Part shown: positions 50,165 through 59,371 of the stretch, in pieces
Layout: the number at the start of each line of letters is the position of its first letter
How positions within the stretch are numbered: the stretch's first letter is position 1
Source: Acidobacteriota bacterium
Lineage (GTDB): Bacteria; Acidobacteriota; UBA890; WLXD01
Assembly (NCBI GenBank): GCA_965205505.1
Contig: CBDBHB010000006.1
Span: 320,001 to 384,000, forward strand
Length of the DNA: 64,000 nucleotides
Reading direction: 5' to 3'
Notes under the pieces: model-generated
Databases searched by the model: none
The model's input: the letters and a program-made list of their open reading frames with translations, nothing else
Told to the model about the DNA's origin: nothing
Made by a program: the position numbers and the translations under genes

Positions 50165-50956
50165 TCAGACGCCCAGACGGATCAGGTACAACCCCCAGAC
50201 CGTCAGCAGGACGCCAGCCGCATTGCTGACCAGGCGCACGGACGGGATCACTTTTTCCAAGAGCACGAAGGCGGCAATCAGTGCCAGCCACAGCAGGTTC
50301 ATGACCCCGGCGACGAACATCAGGGCCATGAGCGCCCAGCAGCAACCGACACAGTAGATGCCGTGCTCGAGCCCCATGGCCAGGGCACCGCGCCAGCCGT
50401 CGCGCCAGCTGGTCATGAAGAAAGCAAGCGGCGAACGGCAGTGTCTGAGGCACGCTTGCTTCAACGGCGTCCATTGGAACACGCCGGCAGTAAACAGGAG
50501 CACGCCGCCGAAGAGTGGGCTGGCGGCGGCGCCGTCGGCGTCTACCAGGGTGGCAACATGCAGCCGCCACTCCACAATGGTCGCCAAGCCGCTGAACACT
50601 GTCCACACGAGCACATAACCGAGTACGAAAGCGACCACCGGCCACACGGGTGCGAGCTCTGGGCCCTGCTTGCGCTTGATCTTGGCGAACGCCAGCACCA
50701 TCGGCGCGGCGGTCGGGACCATCATGGCGGTCATCATGACCGTCCATATCAGGAACAGCAGCCCCAAGTCGCCCAGATCCCAGGGGTGGGTTCGCGCCGC
50801 GCCGATGTGCGCTGCCGGCAGGTGCGGGAGCTCCCGAGCCAGCTTGACCGTGTATGCCCAGGCGAGCAGTGAAGCGACGATCAACCCACCCAGCACGAGC
50901 AAGCGGTCGTTGCGGAGCGCGGCTTCGAGGGCTCCCCCGGGCTTTGTCGCACGCAT
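50165..50956 (-). CDS. DUF2182 putative metal-binding integral membrane protein
   Basis: WTVMMTAMMVP, QWTPLKQACLRHCRSP and GIYCVGCCWALM...GVMN. Confidence 0.88.
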   Translation of the reverse strand: MRATKPGGALEAALRNDRLLVLGGLIVASLLAWAYTVKLARELPHLPAAHIGAARTHPWDLGDLGLLFLIWTVMMTAMMVPTAAPMVLAFAKIKRKQGPELAPVWPVVAFVLGYVLVWTVFSGLATIVEWRLHVATLVDADGAAASPLFGGVLLFTAGVFQWTPLKQACLRHCRSPLAFFMTSWRDGWRGALAMGLEHGIYCVGCCWALMALMFVAGVMNLLWLALIAAFVLLEKVIPSVRLVSNAAGVLLTVWGLYLIRLGV

Positions 50957-50968
50957 GTTGGGGGCACA

Positions 50969-51057
50969 CTAGCAGGCCGTGGTGAAAGTGTGGTGGGTCT
51001 GGCGACAGGGTCTTGCGAAGTGCAGGCAAAGAGAAGAGGAGGAGGCGACGGTTACCC
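50969..51057. mobile_element. Truncated family-A MITE (left TIR plus half a module)
   Basis: CTAGCAGGCCGTGGTGAAAGTGTGGTGGGTCTGGCGACAGGGTCTTGCG...GGAGGAGGCGACGGTTACCC, after which similarity stops. Confidence 0.85.
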
Positions 51058-51174
51058 GTGCCGACTTGACATCGACGGTCGGAACGGCGATATGAAGGAA
51101 TCTAACGGCGTCCCGGCGTCTATGCCACGCCGGCCGAATAGAAGACTTGCGCACTGCCCCGATCAGGAGACCCT

Positions 51175-52407
51175 ATGAAGATCTGTGAGCTTGGAGAACG
51201 CCCGCCACTCGGCGAGGTTCCGGACGAGATGCACGCTTGCATCATCCGGCAAGATCGCTTTGGTGAGCCTCGCGACGCGTTCAAGCACGAGATCATCCCG
51301 ACGCCTGCGATCGGTCCCGACGAGGTGCTGATCTACAACATGGCGACGGGAATCAACTACAACAACGTCTGGGCGGCGCTCGGCAAGCCGCTCGATGTCA
51401 TCGCGATACGTCAGAAGGGAGGTGAGCCCGAGGATTTCCACGCCGGAGGCAGCGACTGCTCGGGGATCGTCTGGAAGGTCGGCGACGACGTCACCAACGT
51501 GAAGCCAGGCGACGAGGTCGTGGTTCATAGCGGCTGGTGGCACCCGGAGGATCCATGGGTACTTTTGGGGCGCGACCCGATGCTCGCCGAGAGCACCAAG
51601 ATCTGGGGCTACCAGACCAACTACGGCAGTTTTTGCCAGTTCGCCAAAGCACAAGCGCACCAGTGCCAACCCAAGCCGAAGCACCTCACGTGGGAACAGG
51701 CCGGCTGCTACATGCTGTGCGCCTCGACCGCCTATCGCATGTTGATGGGATGGGCACCGAACGTCGTCGAGCCCGACGACGTGGTGCTGATCTGGGGAGG
51801 TGCAGGGGGCCTCGGCTCGATGGGGATCCAGATCGCCGCAGCCGTCGGCGGCCGACCGATCGCGGTTGTCTCGAGCGAAGACAAGGTCGACTTCTGCAAG
51901 CAGCTCGGCGCCATCGGTGTCATCAACCGCAGGGACTTTGACCACTGGGGGATGATGCCCGACACCAGCAGCCCGGAGTACGGCGCCTGGGCGAAGGGGG
52001 CGCGAACTTTTGGCAAGGCGATCTGGGAGGCTGCCGGCGAGCGCGTAAGCCCGACGATCGTCTTCGACCACCCGGGAGAAGCGACCATCCCGACGTCGAT
52101 CTTCGTGGCTTCAACTGGCGGCATGGTGGTGATCTGCGCCGGCACCAGCGGATACAACGCGACGCTCGACTTGCGGTATCACTGGATGCGTCAGAAGCGC
52201 TTCCAGGGCAGCCACCTGTCCAACGACGAGCAGGCAGCGGCGGTAAACCAGCTGATCATCGACAAGAAAATGGATCCTTGCCTGTCACAAACCTTCGCGT
52301 TCGACGAGATCGGCGAGGCGCATCAGTTGATGCACGAGAACCGCCACCCCTACGGCAACATGGGAGCGTTGGTCAACGCCACCGAGCCGGGTCAAGGAGC
52401 CTCGTAG
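51175..52407 (+). CDS. ccr: Crotonyl-CoA carboxylase/reductase
   Basis: [51 protein letters not shown] and [19 protein letters not shown]. Confidence 0.88.
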   Translation: MKICELGERPPLGEVPDEMHACIIRQDRFGEPRDAFKHEIIPTPAIGPDEVLIYNMATGINYNNVWAALGKPLDVIAIRQKGGEPEDFHAGGSDCSGIVWKVGDDVTNVKPGDEVVVHSGWWHPEDPWVLLGRDPMLAESTKIWGYQTNYGSFCQFAKAQAHQCQPKPKHLTWEQAGCYMLCASTAYRMLMGWAPNVVEPDDVVLIWGGAGGLGSMGIQIAAAVGGRPIAVVSSEDKVDFCKQLGAIGVINRRDFDHWGMMPDTSSPEYGAWAKGARTFGKAIWEAAGERVSPTIVFDHPGEATIPTSIFVASTGGMVVICAGTSGYNATLDLRYHWMRQKRFQGSHLSNDEQAAAVNQLIIDKKMDPCLSQTFAFDEIGEAHQLMHENRHPYGNMGALVNATEPGQGAS

Positions 52408-52468
52408 GATCTGACGGGCCCGTCACACATCCACCACGATATGCAACGATCATCTGTGGGGCGTAGCA

Positions 52469-54790
52469 TTAGTTGCTGGCGACGACTTGCAGGGGCAGTA
52501 GTCGAATCGCCTGCCCCTCGGCCTCGGCATCGATGACCCGGACCTCGACCAGGTAGTTCCCTGGCTCGAGGTTGCTGGGCAGCTGCAGCGTTCCGCGGTG
52601 CACCGTGAGGCCGGTGGGCAGCAATGACTGGCCCGGTATATTCGCAACCGATCGGCGCGCATCACGACGGAACATCGCTGCCGACACGAACGGATCGATA
52701 CCATTTATGACCTCGACGCTGGCTGCGATCGGCATGCCTGCCGGCACGCCTTGCCCGAGCAACGGCATCAGCCCGGTGCGCTGATCCACCGCCACGAGCA
52801 TCGGGTCTCCCATGTTCCAATCGTCCCCCGGAGACGGCACCTCAACTTCGAGGCGCGCCGTGCCCACACGGTCGCCGCCGTCCTCGGCGATCACCACGCG
52901 CAGATCGTACTCGCCCGGGTCGACGCTCCACTCGGCCGTGTACCGGAAATGCCGGAAGGCGTTGTCGGGCGCGTACCGAAACAGGTCCGGCCTCGGTTCC
53001 ACTACCACATGGCTCTCGGCGCCGACTTCGCCGGCGCGGTTCAGCGCGACGGCGTGCACCCGGAAGTATCGGATACCGAGGGTCTCAACCCAGCCGTCGA
53101 CAGCGGTGACGTCGGGGCTCGAGATATCGATGCTCTCGAACGCCGGAGCCCAGCTGCCGTCGACTGATTCCGCCGGCAGCGGCAGGCCAGCCACTAGCAG
53201 GATGGTTGGCGTGCCGTCGTCGCCGAATCGCTGGTACGCCGCAGTCGGAACCGGACGACCCATGATCGAGCCGGGCAGCGCCAGCGCGGCGGCGATCTGG
53301 CGCGTCTTCAGCTCGGGCTCCGCCAGATCGCGGTAGCCGGAGCGGGCGCGGACCTGCAAGCCCGGCCGCCGCAGGGCCACCTCGATCTGGTGGTACTCGC
53401 CATCAGCGTGCGGCGGTGGAGGCTCGTAGAACACCAGGTAGAAGCGACTCGCGTCGTGGGTTTGCTGCTCGAAGGCGTCCGACAGGTTGCTCCAGCCGAT
53501 GAACGCCCGGCCGCCGGTCCTGCTGGCAATCTCGTGCAGAGGCGCAGTGAGGTCGCGATATGCAGGGCGAACGTGCCGACGCAGCGCTTGTGAAACGAGA
53601 TTGTCGCTGATGCTAGCCGAGGTGCCGAGATTGTTGAGCTCGGAGATCGGTCGCGGGTCCACCGTATAGATGCTCACGTTGCCGGTGTTCGCGGTTTCGT
53701 ACAGCTCTTCCAGCAGGTCCAGGATGCGACGGTTCGGAGCCGACCGACCGAGCTGCGATCGGCCTGCCTCAAGGGCAACCGCGTCGCGGACGGCGGCGGC
53801 GAAGGCTTGGTATGGACCGCCTTCACTGAGCATGGCCCCGGAGGAGATCCACACCAGTGCCGTGCGCCCCTCCATGGCCGACAGGGCGTTCGTGAAGCGG
53901 AGAAGGGTAGTGAGTGTCGCCTCACCCCGCTCGCGCTCCAGATCACCGTCTCGCCGCCCCTGTTCTTCCAGGTTCCCGACGATCTCGCGCAGTCTTACAT
54001 TTTGTTGGAGCGGTGTCCCCACTGTGAAACCGGCGCCTGAGGTGGCGGAGTTCACTGCCTCGATCGCCAGCTGCATTACGGGCTCGTAGTCCGTCGTCAG
54101 GCGCGTGAAGATAGTCTTGCGTGTCAGGGCAGCCGCAGACAACTTCTCGGCCGCCGCGCGTAGCACGTCGAGATCGGTGGTCAGGGGGGCGAGCTCCTGT
54201 ACTTCGCCATGCTGGTCGATCATGAACACGCTACGCGGCACGTGCAGTGTCTCGGAACCCTCGATGAAGTCGGTGAAAGTCGCGGTGAGCCTGGGCTTGT
54301 TTTTCGGATCCAGGCTCGGCAGGTCGACGAGGTAGACGATCGCACCGAGCGTGCCGGGCGTTCTGGCGATCGGGGTGAGCTCCGGCCCTGCGTCGTACGC
54401 ACCGTTGCCGCCGCCGTTCGAGCTGGCGCTCTCGTGCGCGGCAGATTCTGATTCCACGTCGACCGTTTCGCCGGTCTCGAGGTCTACCAGCTGAATATTG
54501 AGAATTCGCTGCTCGACGCCGTCCTCGAAGATCTGGAAGTCTTGCCGCGTGAGGTTGTCGACAAAATTGCTGTCGTCGTCGGTGACGATGGCGTCGACGC
54601 GCACCCGTGTCACCGCGCTACGGAACAGCGGCGCCTGCGCCGGCAGAGCTTCCTGGACGATACCGAGCCCTGGATGCGCCCTGGCGTTCGAATGGACCGC
54701 AGCGGCCGCGCGGTTCGACGAGGGCAGCAAGGCTGTCGATACGAGCATCAACAGCGCGATGGTGAGAACGGGTGGGCGGGACCTCTTCAT
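52469..54790 (-). CDS. VWA domain-containing protein (acidobacterial VWFA-related)
   Basis: Signal peptide, FRSAVTRVRVDAIVTD...DFQIFEDGVEQRI, EGRTALVWISSG, IYTVDPR, TGG and VRARSGY. Confidence 0.85.
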   Translation of the reverse strand: MKRSRPPVLTIALLMLVSTALLPSSNRAAAAVHSNARAHPGLGIVQEALPAQAPLFRSAVTRVRVDAIVTDDDSNFVDNLTRQDFQIFEDGVEQRILNIQLVDLETGETVDVESESAAHESASSNGGGNGAYDAGPELTPIARTPGTLGAIVYLVDLPSLDPKNKPRLTATFTDFIEGSETLHVPRSVFMIDQHGEVQELAPLTTDLDVLRAAAEKLSAAALTRKTIFTRLTTDYEPVMQLAIEAVNSATSGAGFTVGTPLQQNVRLREIVGNLEEQGRRDGDLERERGEATLTTLLRFTNALSAMEGRTALVWISSGAMLSEGGPYQAFAAAVRDAVALEAGRSQLGRSAPNRRILDLLEELYETANTGNVSIYTVDPRPISELNNLGTSASISDNLVSQALRRHVRPAYRDLTAPLHEIASRTGGRAFIGWSNLSDAFEQQTHDASRFYLVFYEPPPPHADGEYHQIEVALRRPGLQVRARSGYRDLAEPELKTRQIAAALALPGSIMGRPVPTAAYQRFGDDGTPTILLVAGLPLPAESVDGSWAPAFESIDISSPDVTAVDGWVETLGIRYFRVHAVALNRAGEVGAESHVVVEPRPDLFRYAPDNAFRHFRYTAEWSVDPGEYDLRVVIAEDGGDRVGTARLEVEVPSPGDDWNMGDPMLVAVDQRTGLMPLLGQGVPAGMPIAASVEVINGIDPFVSAAMFRRDARRSVANIPGQSLLPTGLTVHRGTLQLPSNLEPGNYLVEVRVIDAEAEGQAIRLLPLQVVASN

Positions 54791-54992
54791 CGAGCAAACT
54801 CCTACACAGGATGGCTTGCAAGCACCCCTGCAATTTATCCGCTGCACCGCCGGAAACCAACAGCAGGGGCCGCAACAGTGGCCACGGTCGAAGGCGTCGT
54901 CCCCATTGCTGGCCATCCAGGCGCACAGGGTGCTCGATGCTGGCCGGCACGGATCGGACCCGGGCCGCGCAGCGTGTGTAGAGTCTACGCCC

Positions 54993-56489
54993 ATGGGAAT
55001 CGAGCTTGCTCGCAAAGCCGGGAGCTTCGCTACTCGGCTGGCAATCGACGGATCAGGCGGGACAGCCCTGTACTCGGAGCTGCTGGCGCGCTCCGCGGCG
55101 GTCGCAGCAGCCGTGCTGGGCGACCGGGACGACCTGTGCGATCGACGCGTAGCGTTTCTCGTGCCGCCGGGTGTCGAGCATGTCGCGGTGCAGTGGGGTA
55201 TTTGGCGCGCCGGCGGAATGGCCGTACCCCTGGCGCTGTCACACCCCGAGCCCGAGCTCGAGCGCGCCGTTGCCGACTGTGAGCCCGCTGCTCTGATCGG
55301 ATCTGACGCGGAGGCGGAGCGCCTGCGTGGCATTGCGGGCGGCGCCGGAATCGAGCTCCTCGCCGTGCCGACGCCGAGCGCTGAAGCCGCGCTGCCGGCG
55401 CTCCCGGAGGTGGCGCCCGATCGCCCGGCGCTCATGGTTTACACGAGCGGCACGACGGGTGCGCCGAAGGGAGTCGTTACGACGCATTCGATGGTCCAAG
55501 CACAGATCACGGCTCTTGCGCAGGCCTGGGGCTGGCGCGACGACGATCGAATTCTGCACGTGCTGCCACTGCACCACGTGCACGGGATGATCGTCGCCAT
55601 GGACACGGCGCTCTGGTCCGGCGCTTGCTGTGAGTTTTCCGCGCCGTTCGACACCGACGCGGTGTGGGAGCGGCTGGCCTCGGGCGATGTCACCGTGTTC
55701 ATGGCCGTGCCGACGATCTATGGTCGGTTGATCCGTGCCTGGGAAAACGCCGCGGATGAGGCGCGAGCCCGATGGTCGCGGGGGGCGGCGGGATTACGCT
55801 TGATGACCTCGGGCTCGGCGGCGCTACCGGTGTCGACAATGGAACGCTGGCAGGAGATCACCGGACACCGTCTTCTCGAGCGCTACGGCATGACCGAGAT
55901 CGGCATGGCGCTGTCTAATTCGCTGGACGGAGAGCGTCGCGCAGGCACCGTAGGGCAGCCGCTGCCTGGCGTCGAGGCCCGTATCGTGGATGGCGCCGGC
56001 AGCGAGGTAGCGGAGGGTACGTCCGGCCAGATCGAGGTGTGTGGTCCGCAAGTGTTCCGCGAGTACTGGCGCCGACCCGAGGAGACCGCGGCGGCGTTCC
56101 GCGAGGGTTGGTTCATGACCGGTGACGAGGGCGTGCTCGAAGACGGCTACTTCCGTATCCTCGGGCGCCGCAGTGTCGACATCATCAAGACCGGTGGGTA
56201 CAAGGTCTCGGCGCTGGAGATCGAGGAGGCCCTACGTCGGCACCCGGCGATCGCCGATGTAGCAGTGGTGGGCGTGGCCGACGAGGAGTGGGGCGAGTGT
56301 GTGTGCGCAGCAATCGTCGCCGTGAGTGGCGATGAGCCGCGCCCGGAGGCCATCCGTAGTTGGTGCAAGGAACGGCTGGCACCATACAAGGTGCCTCGCC
56401 GCATACGGTATCTTGACCGGCTCCCCCGTAACTCGATGGGTAAGGTGACCAAGCTGGCGGTGCACCCATACTTTGCCCAGGGTGGTTGA
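54993..56489 (+). CDS. Malonyl/methylmalonyl-CoA synthetase-like acyl-CoA ligase (MatB/ACSF3 family)
   Basis: YTSGTTGAPKG, LPLHHVHG, SGSAALP, LLERYGMTE and IIKTGGYKVSALEIE. Confidence 0.82.
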   Translation: MGIELARKAGSFATRLAIDGSGGTALYSELLARSAAVAAAVLGDRDDLCDRRVAFLVPPGVEHVAVQWGIWRAGGMAVPLALSHPEPELERAVADCEPAALIGSDAEAERLRGIAGGAGIELLAVPTPSAEAALPALPEVAPDRPALMVYTSGTTGAPKGVVTTHSMVQAQITALAQAWGWRDDDRILHVLPLHHVHGMIVAMDTALWSGACCEFSAPFDTDAVWERLASGDVTVFMAVPTIYGRLIRAWENAADEARARWSRGAAGLRLMTSGSAALPVSTMERWQEITGHRLLERYGMTEIGMALSNSLDGERRAGTVGQPLPGVEARIVDGAGSEVAEGTSGQIEVCGPQVFREYWRRPEETAAAFREGWFMTGDEGVLEDGYFRILGRRSVDIIKTGGYKVSALEIEEALRRHPAIADVAVVGVADEEWGECVCAAIVAVSGDEPRPEAIRSWCKERLAPYKVPRRIRYLDRLPRNSMGKVTKLAVHPYFAQGG

Positions 56490-56514
56490 GGTGAGCACGA
56501 TACTCGGCTCTTTG

Positions 56515-57966
56515 ATGACCTACTGGCCGGTGCACCTGTTGCTGGCGGCCTATACGGGTGTGCTCGCCTACCACGCATGGCGAGGGAGTCGTGAGACGCA
56601 CGGGCTGGCCGACTACTACGTTGGTGGGCGCTCGATGGGTGGGGTCACTTTGGGGCTGTCGTTCTTCGCTACCTACTCGAGCACCAATAGCTTCGTCGGC
56701 TTTGCCGGTCAGAGCTACGAGTGGGGGATCGCCTGGCTGTTGCTGGCGCCGCTGACCGTGATCATGTCGGCGCTGGCCTGGCGCTGCGTGGCACCACGGC
56801 TGCGCATCTTCACCGAGGAACTTGATTCGTTGACGATCCCCGACTTTATCGGGTTTCGATTCGGCAGCACGCCGGCGCGGGTCGTGGCCGCGGTGATCGT
56901 TTTGTTCGCTAGCTTCTTCTACATGATCGCGGTGTTCAAAGGCATCGGAACACTGGTACAGGCGTTCCTCGAGATTCCCTACGAGGCTGCAATCGCCATC
57001 GTGTTCGTGATCGTGGTGGCGTACACGATGATTGGCGGTTTTATCTCGGTGGTGAAGACCGATGCCGTGCAGGGGCTGGTGATGATCGTTGCCGCCGTCT
57101 TGCTGTTCGGTGGCGTGGTGCGCGCTGCCGGAGGGGTGGGCGCGCTCGCCGAGGTCCGAGCCGCGGCGGAGACGGCGCATCTGTTCTCCTGGAACGGTGG
57201 GGCACCGTTCGTTTTCGTGCTAGGCGTGCTCATCGCCGGTACGGCGAAGTTCGTTACCGACCCTCGCCAGCTATCGCGCTTCTATGCGCTGGAGAGCGTC
57301 GAGGCGGTGCGCGCCGGATTCTGGACATCGACATTGGCGTTCGCACTGGTCTACTCGCTGCTGGTACCGCTTGGTCTCTACGCCCGGCGCATCTACCCGA
57401 GCGCAATCGACGACACCGATCAGATCGTGCCGCTGCTGCTGACCGGTGGCGCAGTGTTCAGTCCCGGGATCACCGCGTTCTTGCTGCTGGCGATGGTCGC
57501 CGCTGCAATGTCGTCGCTTGATAGCGTGCTGCTGGTGATGGCGTCGACCGCCGAGCGTGATATTGCCGGTGTGCTCGGCCGCACCGGCGCAGAGGGGGCA
57601 GAGCTTCGCAAGACGCGGCTGTGGGTGGCGGTGTTCGCCCTGGTTGCGGCGCTCATTGCGCTGCGCCCCCCCGGCGGGATCGTGGCTTTGACGGCGCTCT
57701 CAGGCGCTGTGTTCGCCGCCTGTTTCGCGCCTGCGGTGCTGCTGGGGTTGTACTGGCGTCGCGGAACGGGGGCGGCCGTGCTGGTGTCGTTTGCCGGCGG
57801 GTTGGCGACCCTGCTGCTGTGGCCGCGGCTGCCGATCGCGTCCGGGCATCAGGTCTTTCCTGCAGTCTTCCTTTCGACTCTCTTGTATGTCCTCACCGCC
57901 AAGCGCTCTGCGGTGGTGGAATCCCCGTCCCTGGACCGGTTGTTCGAGCGCGCTCGAGCCGGCTGA
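56515..57966 (+). CDS. Sodium:solute symporter family protein (PanF/PutP-like)
   Basis: DYYVGGRS, ATYSSTNSFVG, TIPDFIGFRF, GGFISVVKTDAVQG and AAAMSSLDS. Confidence 0.9.
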   Translation: MTYWPVHLLLAAYTGVLAYHAWRGSRETHGLADYYVGGRSMGGVTLGLSFFATYSSTNSFVGFAGQSYEWGIAWLLLAPLTVIMSALAWRCVAPRLRIFTEELDSLTIPDFIGFRFGSTPARVVAAVIVLFASFFYMIAVFKGIGTLVQAFLEIPYEAAIAIVFVIVVAYTMIGGFISVVKTDAVQGLVMIVAAVLLFGGVVRAAGGVGALAEVRAAAETAHLFSWNGGAPFVFVLGVLIAGTAKFVTDPRQLSRFYALESVEAVRAGFWTSTLAFALVYSLLVPLGLYARRIYPSAIDDTDQIVPLLLTGGAVFSPGITAFLLLAMVAAAMSSLDSVLLVMASTAERDIAGVLGRTGAEGAELRKTRLWVAVFALVAALIALRPPGGIVALTALSGAVFAACFAPAVLLGLYWRRGTGAAVLVSFAGGLATLLLWPRLPIASGHQVFPAVFLSTLLYVLTAKRSAVVESPSLDRLFERARAG

Positions 57967-58110
57967 GGCTGTCGAGCCCGCTCCTCTCCCGGGCGATTTC
58001 GCGAGCGGCGGCGTGAGTCTCGGTACAGGCCGTCGGTTGACACACTTCCACTATGGTCTGCAGTGTCCTGCAACAGCGGTTCGTGGTCTTCTACGACCCC
58101 AGGAGGAGAA

Positions 58111-58491
58111 ATGGATTTTCTCAAGGGCTTTGCGGGTTTTGCGCACTGGCTTCCACGCCTGTCGCTTGCCGCTACCTTCGCGTATCACGCGCTGCCAAAG
58201 TTGACCGAATCCGGCGCCATGGCCGAGATGATGGGCATGCCGGCGATTGTCGTCATGATGCTCGGTGCGGCGGAGATGGCCGGCGCGGCGCTGATGCTAT
58301 TCGGGGGCATGGGCTCCGACTCGGCGACGCGCATCGCCGGGCTGATCTTCTGTATCGTCATGGTGGGCGCGATCGGCATGGTGCACGCTGCCAACGGCTT
58401 CAACTCGATCGGCAACATGGGGTTCGAGTTCCAACTGCTCATCTTCGCGACGTCGTTCTACTTCGCGGCAAAGGGGAACGACGCTAACTAG
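58111..58491 (+). CDS. DoxX family membrane protein
   Basis: RBS AGGAGG, PRLSLAATFAYHALPK, E..G..L..GG, TRIAG, M.GAI.MVH and GFEF. Confidence 0.85.
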   Translation: MDFLKGFAGFAHWLPRLSLAATFAYHALPKLTESGAMAEMMGMPAIVVMMLGAAEMAGAALMLFGGMGSDSATRIAGLIFCIVMVGAIGMVHAANGFNSIGNMGFEFQLLIFATSFYFAAKGNDAN

Positions 58492-58511
58492 TGGCCTGAC
58501 TCAGGCCACTA
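58489..58511. repeat. Perfect 11-bp inverted repeat on the DoxX stop codon (terminator-like or collapsed MITE ends)
   Basis: TAGTGGCCTGA-C-TCAGGCCACTA, with no U-tract. Confidence 0.6.
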
Positions 58512-58977
58512 ACAGGGCGGGTTAGATGATCGAGCGCTCTCTCCGCTGATTCGGCGCGAAGACCCCCAGCAGTGGGCTGGGGGGTCGCTTCCTTGATGGC
58601 TCGGTAGCATCCGGGCGTCGCGTTCCTGCCGTTGAACGCGGCGTCCGACCGTGCTACACGTATGTGTACCGATGCGGTGATTTACAGCAACTTGATGGGC
58701 CGCGCGGGGCAGCAAGCGGACCATCTAAGTTGCCGCGCTCGCGGCATCTGCCGCGAGTTTTTTGGTTGAGACTCTGTCAACCTAGGAGAAGCGCATCGGA
58801 AACACGCACGACGCGGCCAGGGGCCGCGACATGAAGAGAGCGGCGAGAGGACCGGCTCGCAGACCCGCTCGCCAACCGTCGTCCTGACGGTGGTACCGCC
58901 GGCTGGGCAAAAGCTCGGAACCATGTGCGAAATCAGCCGCGCCCGTCGCGCGGTATCTCTTCGAAAGGACGTGTGTG

Positions 58978-59331
58978 ATGTACGTTTCCAACTGGCTCTC
59001 GACTTGGCGGGCACATCTCTTCGGTGCCGATGCCGAGATCGACTACGACACCTTTGTGACCGGCCCACGCCAACGCCACGAGGTGCCCTGCCGTGTGTGT
59101 GGCAGCCGTTGTGACGAGGCGCGGGCGATCATCGCGACGTCGCCTGGAGATGAACCGCCGATGCTGATCGACCGCTTTGCGTGTCCAAATCGCGCGTCAG
59201 ATTGGCACCAACGAGCACGCGGGCTGGTGGTTCAGATCGAGTCGACCCCAAGCTTGCAGAGACGCCGGCTGCTGTGGGCCGACCTCGACATGATTCTCCG
59301 CCAGCAGCACATGCCGTGGCGAAGGGACTGA
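58978..59331 (+). CDS. Small hypothetical protein, possibly Zn-binding
   Basis: An AAGGA RBS-like sequence lies upstream. The protein contains CRVCG..C and F.CP.....WH and has natural composition. Confidence 0.6.
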   Translation: MYVSNWLSTWRAHLFGADAEIDYDTFVTGPRQRHEVPCRVCGSRCDEARAIIATSPGDEPPMLIDRFACPNRASDWHQRARGLVVQIESTPSLQRRRLLWADLDMILRQQHMPWRRD

Positions 59332-59371
59332 GAGCTACACCTCCACCAGGGCCTGCTGCTACCAGGTCGTT

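Noticed and set aside
6998-51057. Repeats as a CRISPR array
   Set aside because: They are dispersed inverted repeats, not regularly spaced direct repeats with spacers, and no cas genes are present.
49337-51057. Composite transposon carrying DUF1326/DUF2182
   Set aside because: The right-hand copy has only its left TIR, so there is no outer inverted end to close a composite unit.
54816-54833. Sigma-54 promoter upstream of the VWA gene
   Set aside because: The -24 position reads GC rather than the invariant GG.
52469-56489. Long overlapping N-terminal extensions of the VWA (to 55435) and ligase (from 54498) ORFs
   Set aside because: These are GC-rich open-frame artefacts. Plausible starts at 54790 and 54993 give a normal divergent pair.
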